Origin: Candidatus Levyibacteriota bacterium
Lineage (GTDB): Bacteria; Patescibacteriota; Microgenomatia; Levybacterales; UBA12049
NCBI GenBank assembly: GCA_016188975.1
Contig: JACPGQ010000027.1
Coordinates: forward strand, 1-45,279
Direction: 5' to 3'
DNA: 45,279 nucleotides
Part shown: piece after piece, positions 9,293-18,024 of the stretch
Layout: each line of letters opens with the position of its first letter
Position numbering within the stretch: position 1 is the first letter of the stretch
Notes under the pieces: model-generated
The model's database searches: none
Seen by the model: the letters and a program-made list of their open reading frames with translations, nothing else
Told to the model about the DNA's origin: nothing
Position numbers and translations under genes: made by a program

Positions 9293-10105
9293 ATGAGAGA
9301 TCGTACTCTGTCCCATTCCAGCAAAAGCTTACGGCTGCTCGTGGTTTTCCTTGCAATCGTTTTTTTGCTGAGCGCTCTTTCTTTAGGAGTAAAACTATTC
9401 CGACTGATTCAGGCAAGCAGCTATGACGGAAGTCATCGGTTTATTGTGAGTGTTGTCGATGCGAAGAAACACATCTGGATTGCGTCTCTTGCGCCTTCTG
9501 AGAAGGCGCTTCTCCTCTCGTTAAAGCAAGCGGATTCCAAACAGGATATCGCTTCACGTCTCTTAATACCCATAAATGGAACCATCCTTCTGCAACAAGA
9601 GGCAGACACTTCATCGTTGTCTACGCTTTTTGCTACAGCACTGTTTGACCCACAAACCCGATATGAAAACATGACAGTCTATGACATGTTCCGCTTGTAC
9701 CTGGACGCACTGCGAATCGCTTCAAAAGATACAACTGTTGCTTCATATACTTTCAGTGAAGACGTGAATACTATTTCTGATGCGCTCAGAAGGCTTTTTG
9801 TTGACAGTAAGCTCGTCGCAAACGATCAAACGATTGCGATAGAAAATGGTTCCGGAACATCGGGAATTGGACAAAGGCTTGAGAGGATAGTGACACTTCT
9901 TGGGGGAAACGTCGTCTCGGTGACGACAGCACGCGCGACCCAGCAGCCTACCTATATCTACTACTCAGGAGAAAAAACCTATACAACAAAACGTCTCGAG
10001 CGATTACTAAAACAGCAGGCAGAAGTAGGGGACACAAAAATTGCAGATATTCTTGTCGTAGTCGGTGTACGTAGCCTTCAGCTTGATATTTTTGCTACAA
10101 TCTAA
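9293..10105 (+). CDS. Membrane-anchored LytR C-terminal domain protein
   Basis: N-terminal TM; IENGSGTSGIG and DILVVVG LytR_C pattern. Confidence 0.75.
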   Translation: MRDRTLSHSSKSLRLLVVFLAIVFLLSALSLGVKLFRLIQASSYDGSHRFIVSVVDAKKHIWIASLAPSEKALLLSLKQADSKQDIASRLLIPINGTILLQQEADTSSLSTLFATALFDPQTRYENMTVYDMFRLYLDALRIASKDTTVASYTFSEDVNTISDALRRLFVDSKLVANDQTIAIENGSGTSGIGQRLERIVTLLGGNVVSVTTARATQQPTYIYYSGEKTYTTKRLERLLKQQAEVGDTKIADILVVVGVRSLQLDIFATI

Positions 10106-10107
10106 CT

Positions 10108-10272
10108 ATGCTTATTCTTGTCATCCTTCTTATTGCGCTCATTTCCATCAGCCTGTCGTTTCTGTCGCTTCGGAATATGAAAAAAATGGGGGAAATGCAT
10201 CAGGCGAAGAAGGACCTTAAAAAACATCGCGTTGTCTTTCAGAAGGATTCGCCCATCTCATCTTCTGAATAG
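10108..10272 (+). CDS. Small single-TM membrane protein (54 aa; not in ORF track)
   Basis: MLILVILLIALISISLSFLSLRNMKKMGEMHQAKKDLKKHRVVFQKDSPISSSE; ATG 2 nt after the upstream stop and preceded by TACAAT. Confidence 0.6.
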   Translation: MLILVILLIALISISLSFLSLRNMKKMGEMHQAKKDLKKHRVVFQKDSPISSSE

Positions 10273-11000
10273 GAAGCATCCTCGGAATCCTCATCGTCTC
10301 CTTCACGTTTTTCCGACATCTTTTCGATGCGTTTCCCGTTGGTATTCTCCAGAACAAATCGCGTTTTGTCACTCGTTGCAAACGAAGGTTGATTCTTAAA
10401 GCGCGCGACTCGTTTTGTCTCTTTGATAAAAACCGCTACTTTATGATTGTTGATTGTTTTTACAAATGCTTCGTACGTGTTCCCGCCGTTTATGAATTTT
10501 ATGAGGCGTTTACTTAAGTCGTCAGGGAGCATACCGATGAAATGCTTGTCATTGTCCAGTACGAAGATTTTCATTCGTTTGACATGAAGACCAATCCCTT
10601 CGCCGCAACGGAGTTTACTGATGACTTTTTGGTCGGCGATGTTGATAAGTTCAACAACCTTCGTTTTCCCTGGTTCTTCAATGAAGATATTATTCATCGG
10701 GACAAATGAAAAATCAGCAGTTGCTTTTTTTGTGTCAACCGCTGTAAGCCGTTTGAGATTTTTTAAAGCAATTGGGTTTTGAACATCAAGAGAGAGAACT
10801 TTTTGGTAGCTATGTTTGGCCTGCTTGATATCACCCATGCTTGCAAAGGCAAATGCAATTCTGTTGAGAGCGTCTATGTCATCGGGAAATTCTTGGAGTA
10901 TTTGTTTGTTTAATGCAATTGCCCTCGTCCAATCACCTTTCAGTGCAGTTTGTATTGCTTGGGATTTAATTGCAGTTATGAGGTTCGGAGTTTTGTCCAT
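10239..11000 (-). CDS. TPR-containing protein with C-terminal HIRAN-like region and acidic tail
   Basis: TPR pattern (AIALNKQIL..FPDDIDALNRIAFAF; YQKVLSLD..NPIA); likely start MDKTP. Confidence 0.75.
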   Translation of the reverse strand: MDKTPNLITAIKSQAIQTALKGDWTRAIALNKQILQEFPDDIDALNRIAFAFASMGDIKQAKHSYQKVLSLDVQNPIALKNLKRLTAVDTKKATADFSFVPMNNIFIEEPGKTKVVELINIADQKVISKLRCGEGIGLHVKRMKIFVLDNDKHFIGMLPDDLSKRLIKFINGGNTYEAFVKTINNHKVAVFIKETKRVARFKNQPSFATSDKTRFVLENTNGKRIEKMSEKREGDDEDSEDASYSEDEMGESF

Positions 11001-11124
11001 TTGTCTGCCCGAAGGATCGACAAGCAGTTGTCGCAAAAATGAATGGAGTTATTCTACTGTCCTTTATTGCAAAAGTCAATGGGGAAAAGGTATAATTATT
11101 CGAAATTACGACTGAAAGGAGTAT

Positions 11125-11868
11125 ATGAGTGGGCATTCAAAATGGTCAACTATTAAGCGTCAAAAAGGTGCAGCGGATACGAAACGAAGCCAATTATTTA
11201 CCAAACTCTCAAATGCGATAACGCTTGCTGTCAGGCAGGGTGGGGGAGTCGGAGATCCTGCACTCAACTTCAGACTCCGACTTGCGATAGAGGCTGCCAA
11301 GGCTTCCAACATGCCCAAAGATAATATAGAGCGGGCGATCACCCGGGCTCAGGGAGCATCAGCATCAGATATGCAGGAGGTCGTGTATGAAGGATTTGGC
11401 CCCGGGGGATTCAGTATCATTGTGCAAGCAGTAACAGACAACAAGCTTCGGACAAATGCAGAGATCCGGAATATATTTGATAAGCATGGTGGAAGTTTTG
11501 GTGTGCCTGGATCAGTCAGTTATCAGTTTGCCCAAAAGGGAAGTATCATTGTATCAAGAAGAGGAAAGACTGTTGATGATATTTTTCTTTTGGCTGCTGA
11601 TAGTGGGGCGGAAGATGTGGAAGAAGCGGGGGAAGAAGTGATTATTTACACCCGGCCGGAGGAATTAGGGATCGTCCGTGAGGCTTTACAAAAAGAGGGA
11701 ATTGAGCTCCGGGAAGCGAAGCTTATTCGGAAGCCTCTCATGCTTTTTCCGATCACTGATGCTGCAACTGCCAATAAAGCACTTTCGTTCACGTCGCTTC
11801 TTGAGGACCATCAGGATGTACAGGAAGTGTTCACCAATTTCGATATTCCCGATGAGCTCCTTGAGTAG
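11125..11868 (+). CDS. yebC: YebC/PmpR family protein
   Basis: MSGHSKWSTIK, NMPKDNIERAI, YEGFGPGG, TDNKLRT. Confidence 0.96.
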   Translation: MSGHSKWSTIKRQKGAADTKRSQLFTKLSNAITLAVRQGGGVGDPALNFRLRLAIEAAKASNMPKDNIERAITRAQGASASDMQEVVYEGFGPGGFSIIVQAVTDNKLRTNAEIRNIFDKHGGSFGVPGSVSYQFAQKGSIIVSRRGKTVDDIFLLAADSGAEDVEEAGEEVIIYTRPEELGIVREALQKEGIELREAKLIRKPLMLFPITDAATANKALSFTSLLEDHQDVQEVFTNFDIPDELLE

Positions 11869-11887
11869 AGCAGTTGTCGTACCCTTC

Positions 11888-12766
11888 ATGAAGCGGTTAC
11901 TTTCAAAATTACGTCTTCGCCTAAGACGCGAGACACCACGCAAGGTAAGACATCCAAAAAAAACGATACTTATCGCCCTGGATAAACGACAAAAATTCGT
12001 TATCGGCGTGCTCATTCTCTCGGTTCTTTTGTTCGTTTCTGAATTTTACCATTTCCGTTTTTCAAAATCTGGTTTTCTCGTATCATTTGGACTATCGGTT
12101 TTAAGCGACATCTTTCTCTATTGGGCAATACGCAGTGATTTGCCAAAACAGAAAACGCTCAATGCCTATACAATTTTTATACTCCCATTTTTTTATACGC
12201 TTGCCTTTACGCTTTTCTATTTTCTCGTTCCAGCCCGCATTCTGTCTCGAGTTATTCTGACGGGACTGTATGCAATCGGTCTTTATTCGCTGTACCTTTG
12301 CCAGAACATTTTCACAGTCGGCGTTACGAAAACAATTCAACTTCTTTCAGGAGCGAGAATAGTCTCTTTTGTGCTCACGCTCCTCTCGCTTTTCTTCCTG
12401 ATGAATATACTCTTTACACTTCATTTTCCAGTGTATGTTATTGCGCCGTTTATTTTTATCATTACGTATCTTCTGATGTATCAATCAATCTGGACGTACG
12501 CAATGCAACCGGAGACGACGCAACCGCTTCCTTTGTGGACAATGCTGTTAACACTCTGCGTTTTACAAGTAGCGATTATGATTTGGTTTTGGCCGAGCAC
12601 ACCAACGATAAGCAGCCTTTTTCTCACAGGACTTTTTTATACGATTGTCGGGCTCTCACATGTTTGGTTTGATCGAAGATTGTTCCGTGGAGTGTTGTGG
12701 GAATATGTGTGGGTAAGTGCAGTTGTCTTTTTTGTCCTTATTTTGGCAACGCCGTGGGGGAAGTAG
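11888..12766 (+). CDS. Polytopic membrane protein of unknown function
   Basis: About 9 hydrophobic segments; start taken at ATG 11888 after the yebC stop. Confidence 0.8.
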   Translation: MKRLLSKLRLRLRRETPRKVRHPKKTILIALDKRQKFVIGVLILSVLLFVSEFYHFRFSKSGFLVSFGLSVLSDIFLYWAIRSDLPKQKTLNAYTIFILPFFYTLAFTLFYFLVPARILSRVILTGLYAIGLYSLYLCQNIFTVGVTKTIQLLSGARIVSFVLTLLSLFFLMNILFTLHFPVYVIAPFIFIITYLLMYQSIWTYAMQPETTQPLPLWTMLLTLCVLQVAIMIWFWPSTPTISSLFLTGLFYTIVGLSHVWFDRRLFRGVLWEYVWVSAVVFFVLILATPWGK

Positions 12767-12782
12767 CTCCGCCGAAGGCGAA

Positions 12783-12897
12783 GAATGTCAAATACTCCAA
12801 TGACATCCGCCAGCCGATAGGGCTTTGCCTGGCGGACCAATGTCCAATGTAATTTAATTTGACATTTATCATTTGATATTGGACATTTTACATTTCT
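12783..12897. repeat. Inverted heptamer array (AATGTCA / TGACATT) with nested GC-rich hairpin at 12806-12836
   Basis: AATGTCA, AATGACA, AATGTCC vs TTGACAT TTATCAT TTGATAT TGGACAT TTTACAT; nested TCCGCCAG...CTGGCGGA. Confidence 0.8.
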
Positions 12898-13238
12898 TAC
12901 AAACCAGAGCAGGGAAGAGGGGAAGGCGTGGTTCAATAGTTAAGCCCTATAGAATCTGATACAGTCTGATATAGTAATCAAAATTATAGGATCTTATTAG
13001 CTTCAAATGTGGATAAGTTTTGACGTTTTCACGGTTTTTTAAGGTCAGTTTTCACAGTGGGATATCTCCTTCGGGGAAAGTGTAAGTACGCCACGAGAGC
13101 TTGTTGTGTAGCATAATAAATAACACGTGCATTGTGATCTGATGTGAAGCGAGAAAACAAAGATCAGGGGTTCCTTCACTCCAAAGAGTAGATTGCCAAA
13201 CTTCTTTGAAAAAAATGCGAATGCCTAATCTGTAAGAT

Positions 13239-13365
13239 TTTAAGGCTAAAATATGAGAATAGACTGTTATATCAATCTAAACGGAAATGCGTATTTGAGT
13301 GTTCTATATTTATCATTTTTGAAGCTAAAATAACCAAATTAGATTGATAAATCAATCTAAATGGA
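13239..13365. repeat. Two ~48 bp direct repeats (80 bp period), each containing a 22 bp palindrome
   Basis: TTAGATTGAT-AA-ATCAATCTAA at 13339-13360; imperfect copy ATAGACTGTT-AT-ATCAATCTAA at 13259-13280; both preceded by GCTAAAATA. Confidence 0.75.
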
Positions 13366-13577
13366 GAGGCCCTACGATGCCCGATGGAGCCCGTTTCCTG
13401 AAGAGCGACTGTATGTGTGCATCTTTATTCATTATCAGTGGCGTTGTCCACTCTATGCTTGGTAGTTTGAGGGAGTAGGAGCTTCTTGCTCCCTTGTCAC
13501 TTAAGGCCTGTATTTATGCATTGCCCTCGCTGTCGTACATTCATTGGTCGGATGCAGGTTGGGAAGCTAGATATATC

Positions 13578-13605
13578 ATGTCGCACAATAATACTTTTAC
13601 GACGC
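13578..13605. other. Candidate dif site (Xer recombination site)
   Basis: 11-6-11 layout ATGTCGCACAA TAATAC TTTTACGACGC with imperfect inverted arms; lies at the gene-orientation convergence and the local G-to-C richness switch; xer gene 4.4 kb away. Confidence 0.65.
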
Positions 13606-14145
13606 TGTAGAGGCTAGAGCGTCTCGGGGGGGCCTCCCGGTTTCTGATCATTTCGGCCGTCCAAGTATACATTTTTTTTTATTATTTTCTCTGTACTCCC
13701 TCATATCGCACTCGTCTTTTTCGTATAAATAGAAAATTTCTCCTGTTCCCTACTATAGGGCTTAATTCGTGCGTGAAAATGAAAAATCGTGCGTTTTTGA
13801 AGCTAATTTTTATGAAATGGGTCTTCTTCGCAAAAATCGCTTAGAGGGAAGCATTTTCTCGACATTTCATTTGCCTCTTGCCATTGAGATGACTAGATAC
13901 ACGTCGTGTGAGTTTCAGAGGCCTTCTAGGGCATTCTGTGAGGTCATGTTTAGGCACGATTTCGGTCAATGATCTTGGATCTATTTTAATGAGCAAAAGC
14001 TCTGATAGTGCTTACAAACTTAAATCCGAAATCCGAATTTAGATTTTTTGAAGTTAGAGGTGAGACGTTTTTGATCTTGAATATTTGAAAATTGGATTTG
14101 TTGATCATCAAGAATTTAAAGGGAATGTCGCAATTCGAATTTTAA

Positions 14146-15504
14146 TCAATGAGGTATCGCTAACTTGTAAGGAGGCATTTGTAGTTTTGGCTCGACGTAT
14201 AGCGCTTCGCCTTTATCTATGCTGTCAAGAATTTGGGTGTATCGATAGAAAATCGCGTTGGTCCAGCCAAATCCCAGCTGCAGTTCATAATCATACCTCC
14301 CGGATGGCTCGCCAGTGACGCCGTTTATTTTTTCAAAAAATGTCTTGTATTCACGAAAAAGTTTTGCATGTGTTCTGATGTATTTCTCCATAAGCCGACG
14401 CGCGACGTCTAAGAAGCCATACTTTAACAGCCCAACGACAGTGAGGTATTCTAGTGGCGGCCACGCATTAGGATAGTCCCACTGCTTTGCCCTCAGCATA
14501 TCTTCAAGACCAATTCTATATGCAGACGGAAGACCTTGAAGCCTCACTTTTGGTGCAAGTGATTCCTTGGCTGTTATCGTCAGCGCGTAGTCTGTCTCAA
14601 AAAGCTCGAGTTTTTTTACCATTTTCTCTGCTTGTTTCTGATCCGCCAAACCAGCCCACAACGGCGTAAATCCTGCTAGAGAGAGAAATGTACTTTGGAG
14701 TTTGTGTGTATAGTCGTAATCAAAGAAAAAGCCCTCGTTTTCATTCCACAGGTACTCATTTATCGCGTCTTTCCTCTTTTGTGTAACGTTTTTCCACAGC
14801 TCAAATTCCTCCTTGTCCCCAAGGATTGATGCAATTTTGGCAAAATCACGTTCGTACTTATAGAGGTAGACATTAAGATCAATCGGGAAAAAATCATCAG
14901 CCCGATTGTAGTATCGTGAGGTAAAGTCCCAACCCGATTCAATCTCTGATGAGTGTGCATAGCCTATATCCCGATCACCATAACGACTGAGTGTCCATCC
15001 GGGAACACTATGATAATGGATGCGGTCTTTATCAATCCAGACTTTTTCATACTCGAGTTTGGCATAGATTATCGCCCTTTTCAGCCAACGTTTTGGGTCA
15101 TCAAGTGCAGTGATTGCTTTCAAAAATTTGTTCTTCTTTTTATACGCATAGTAGTAGCCGTTATACGTATCCAGAATCATTGATGAGAAGAAAGGCGGCT
15201 GCGATCTCCCCATCGCTCCGGGAGCGTTAAAATTAGGTACTGCTCCGTACGTCTCGAGAAGGTACATAAAATTCTCTACCATCTCTTTCATCAGCCATTC
15301 ACGTTTGGTTCTGATGAGTCCCCGAAACATAAAAAACGAATCCCAGTAGAAGATATAGGAGAACTTGCTATGGTTTGGGGTGAAGAATGCATGGGGGATA
15401 TGGACGACCTGGTGATTAATCACCTTCTTCATGGGGGGATATGTCACCTTCTCCCAGTAATTGTCTATATATTCCAAGCAATCTTTGTATCTATCGCTCC
15501 ACAT
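14146..15504 (-). CDS. Trehalase (glycoside hydrolase family 37)
   Basis: FYWDSFF, RSQPPFF, ESGWDFTSR, PIDLN, QWDYPNAWPP, GFGWTN. Confidence 0.93.
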   Translation of the reverse strand: MWSDRYKDCLEYIDNYWEKVTYPPMKKVINHQVVHIPHAFFTPNHSKFSYIFYWDSFFMFRGLIRTKREWLMKEMVENFMYLLETYGAVPNFNAPGAMGRSQPPFFSSMILDTYNGYYYAYKKKNKFLKAITALDDPKRWLKRAIIYAKLEYEKVWIDKDRIHYHSVPGWTLSRYGDRDIGYAHSSEIESGWDFTSRYYNRADDFFPIDLNVYLYKYERDFAKIASILGDKEEFELWKNVTQKRKDAINEYLWNENEGFFFDYDYTHKLQSTFLSLAGFTPLWAGLADQKQAEKMVKKLELFETDYALTITAKESLAPKVRLQGLPSAYRIGLEDMLRAKQWDYPNAWPPLEYLTVVGLLKYGFLDVARRLMEKYIRTHAKLFREYKTFFEKINGVTGEPSGRYDYELQLGFGWTNAIFYRYTQILDSIDKGEALYVEPKLQMPPYKLAIPH

Positions 15505-15567
15505 GGGCAGAAATACATTGTACTAGTCCTTACCAAAAAGACAATACCCATGTTCGAACGCTAATTC

Positions 15568-15586
15568 TGCAAGGCGTGGCCTTGCA
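15568..15586. repeat. REP-like palindrome, 18 bp identical to half of the folD insertion
   Basis: TGCAAGGCGTGGCCTTGCA; GCAAGGCGTGGCCTTGCA recurs at 38191-38208. Confidence 0.8.
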
Positions 15587-15601
15587 AGAAAAAATGCGAA
15601 T

Positions 15602-16399
15602 TTAAGAGCTCATTAGACTGTTCCAGTCGTCTGAGAAGCGGATGATTCCCTTGTCAGTAAGATCATGATGGAGATCAAGCTTACCTGAGGTGATTGCCTC
15701 CATAAAGCCGTCGACAGTTTCGATTTTCAACAATTCTTCACTCGGTTCCCAATACGGAATAGGCTGTAGTCGGATTTCTTTGGTAGAAGCTTGTATACCT
15801 TGGAAGTAATCTCTGTACACTTTTGCGGGAGCAGTGACGAGCATTCCTTGTAAACCAATATCATCAAGTCGGCCCACGAATGGCGAGATGAAAGGCGGCC
15901 ACAGTGGCTCCTCTAACGAGAATTCTTTCCGAACTATTTGCTCATGGAGACAAATCGCAAAAATCTGTTGCTGAGAAAAGACAAGTGTGTTATTGGTGAG
16001 GAAACCGTTTCTTCGAAGTTCAGTTCGTGCTTTAAATCCTTCAATCGTTGTCGGGAGTTTGACAACAATCCTATCATGCCATGCTGCGATCTCCTTGCCC
16101 TGAGAAATCATCTCATCAGCTTGCGTATTTGTATCAGCATATACCTCAGCTGATACTGCGCCTTCGACAATATCGAGGATTTCAAGGACAATCTTTTTCT
16201 GAAGCGCAAACGCTTCATCTCTCGTGATTTTTTGACCAGTAAGTTTTTTGGCAATAAGCGTTGGATTGGTCGTCGCTCCCCAGAGCTCCTGCCCGCCAGT
16301 GCCAGGCGTTGGCAGGCGGGCTTTCCCCCTCTCCTTTACCAAGGCAGCAATTTCACGATATTCGTCCGGGTCGCCACTATCGAGTAAGAATTTGATCAT
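15602..16399 (-). CDS. tal: Transaldolase/FSA family protein with apparent internal deletion (possibly non-functional)
   Basis: LDS, GATTNPTL, VVKLP Schiff-base Lys, TLVFS, ISPFVGRLDD; the ASxR segment is missing. Confidence 0.8.
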   Translation of the reverse strand: MIKFLLDSGDPDEYREIAALVKERGKARLPTPGTGGQELWGATTNPTLIAKKLTGQKITRDEAFALQKKIVLEILDIVEGAVSAEVYADTNTQADEMISQGKEIAAWHDRIVVKLPTTIEGFKARTELRRNGFLTNNTLVFSQQQIFAICLHEQIVRKEFSLEEPLWPPFISPFVGRLDDIGLQGMLVTAPAKVYRDYFQGIQASTKEIRLQPIPYWEPSEELLKIETVDGFMEAITSGKLDLHHDLTDKGIIRFSDDWNSLMSS

Positions 16400-16408
16400 A
16401 TAAGAAAA

Positions 16409-16520
16409 TAGGTATGGGTGTAGGTTTAGCTGCCAGTATGGTTAGAAGGTATAGTCAGAGAGAAATCAACATTGCCTTTAACCATACCTGTACAGGCTGC
16501 CACAACCAAAACTATACCTA
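16409..16520. repeat. Dispersed structured element, copy 1
   Basis: GGTTTAGCTGCCAGTATRGTTARAAGGTATRGTCA...GCCTTT...ATACC..TACWGGCTGC shared with 41241-41350. Confidence 0.85.
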
Positions 16521-17972
16521 ATTCGTAGTCAGTATACGCGAAAATTTCTCAGCGATCAAGGTTCGTAGGTCTGAATTGAGTCCGTCATACCCCAGCGCCC
16601 ATATCCCGATGCCCCGCATATTCTTTCGATTGACATAATCATACTTCACACCAAGTGACCGCGGATTCTCGAAATATACTATTCTTTTCTGCCCTGACGT
16701 AGGATCAGTATAGGTATAAAATGGCGATTGTGCTGCGTCATCCCACTGGATAGTGTGGTTTTTGCTCATTGCAGCGAGCTCTGCGTATGGAAGCACTTTT
16801 GCACTGCTGCTTGGTGGATTCGTCCAGTCATATCCGTAGTATGCTACGGCCAGGACGAGTTTTTCGGGAGATACCTTCTCAAAATAACTCTGAAGAAATC
16901 CGATCGTACTATACCCTCCTCCTTCCATCGGAGCGATAGGCCCTGGTCCGCCTCGTGGTGTATGGAAGTCATAATCCATAATGATAAACGCGTCAACCGT
17001 ACTCTCAAGTGCTTCGAGATCTATAAGCCGAGGTATTGCAGCCTCGCTGACATAGGTGTCAAGTGTGAGGCTGAGGTTTGGGTATTGGCGTTTCATCTCT
17101 AAGCGTAGGTTTTGGATCATGCGCGTGAAGCCATCCCGTACTTCTTTCATCGGCGTTCCAACGTATTCAAAGTCGAGGTTCACTCCATCCAGTCCCTTAC
17201 TGTTGACCATAAAGAGAACATTGGCAATAAAGGTTTTCTGAGCATCGTCTGAAAGAACGAGTGCTTCGGTGTTGGCATTACTAAACGATTTAATACCGAG
17301 TTCGACTTTGATTCTTCGTTTCTTGGCTTTATTTATAAACAGATTGAGTGACGGATTACTCCACATATCCCATCCAGGAGATGTTTTCCCATCAGGACCG
17401 GTTGCTATCATATTGCCTTTACGATCCACGTCAAGTGCAAAAAGACCTATTGTCGTGAGAGCGTTGAGACTTATCTCATCGTATGCCGGGAGCATCCAAT
17501 ACGGGAAAAAACCGTACACCTCCTTTTTGGGTTCACCGGTAAATGCGAGTGTCACTTTTGAAGCAGGATATGAGAAGATTTGCTTGGGATCAACGACCGC
17601 ATCGCTGGCATAGACCGGCCGGACGACTTCATCTGAAAGTTCTCGAATGCTCTTGTCGACCTCTGCGTCACTTAGTTGGACAGAGTTTCCAGTTTGATTA
17701 TTTGTGTTTTTTTGGTTTTGTAAAAAAGAAGCAATTGAGGGAAGAATGATATAGGCGCCGATAATGATAACGATACCAAGAAATACTAGAATATGTGTTG
17801 CGATATCAAGCTCGAGGAGTTTGGTTACAAATTTCGATCGTTTTTCATCTTTGTTACCATCAGAGTTTTGGACTGGAGTCTCGATCTCTGTTTCGTTTGC
17901 TATTTCTTGGATGCTTTCTTCCATACTATCAGTATCTGAATTTTCGTGCTTTATTGTCAAGGAAGCTTGCAT
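16518..17972 (-). CDS. Membrane-anchored glycoside hydrolase family 18 protein
   Basis: DGVNLDFE catalytic motif, IMDYDF, YYGYDW, GIGIWALGYD; N-terminal TM after an acidic leader. Confidence 0.9.
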   Translation of the reverse strand: MQASLTIKHENSDTDSMEESIQEIANETEIETPVQNSDGNKDEKRSKFVTKLLELDIATHILVFLGIVIIIGAYIILPSIASFLQNQKNTNNQTGNSVQLSDAEVDKSIRELSDEVVRPVYASDAVVDPKQIFSYPASKVTLAFTGEPKKEVYGFFPYWMLPAYDEISLNALTTIGLFALDVDRKGNMIATGPDGKTSPGWDMWSNPSLNLFINKAKKRRIKVELGIKSFSNANTEALVLSDDAQKTFIANVLFMVNSKGLDGVNLDFEYVGTPMKEVRDGFTRMIQNLRLEMKRQYPNLSLTLDTYVSEAAIPRLIDLEALESTVDAFIIMDYDFHTPRGGPGPIAPMEGGGYSTIGFLQSYFEKVSPEKLVLAVAYYGYDWTNPPSSSAKVLPYAELAAMSKNHTIQWDDAAQSPFYTYTDPTSGQKRIVYFENPRSLGVKYDYVNRKNMRGIGIWALGYDGLNSDLRTLIAEKFSRILTTN

Positions 17973-18024
17973 CCACCACTCACGACGCTTGTTTTTTCGG
18001 ATACTACGTCGTACAATAATTCTG

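Noticed and set aside
11678-11887. Long upstream ORF-track extensions (also 17764-18024, 1239-1340, 5499-5546)
   Set aside because: They overlap neighbouring genes or repeats; downstream ATGs fit domain boundaries and promoter positions better
13008-13016. Perfect DnaA box TGTGGATAA suggesting oriC
   Set aside because: Only one clear box, no dnaA/dnaN nearby, and flanking genes converge rather than diverge, which fits a terminus
12767-14145. CRISPR array or structural RNA gene in the long intergenic region
   Set aside because: No regularly spaced identical repeats with unique spacers, no cas genes, and no tmRNA, RNase P or SRP motifs recognised by eye; an Rfam scan would be needed to exclude fully
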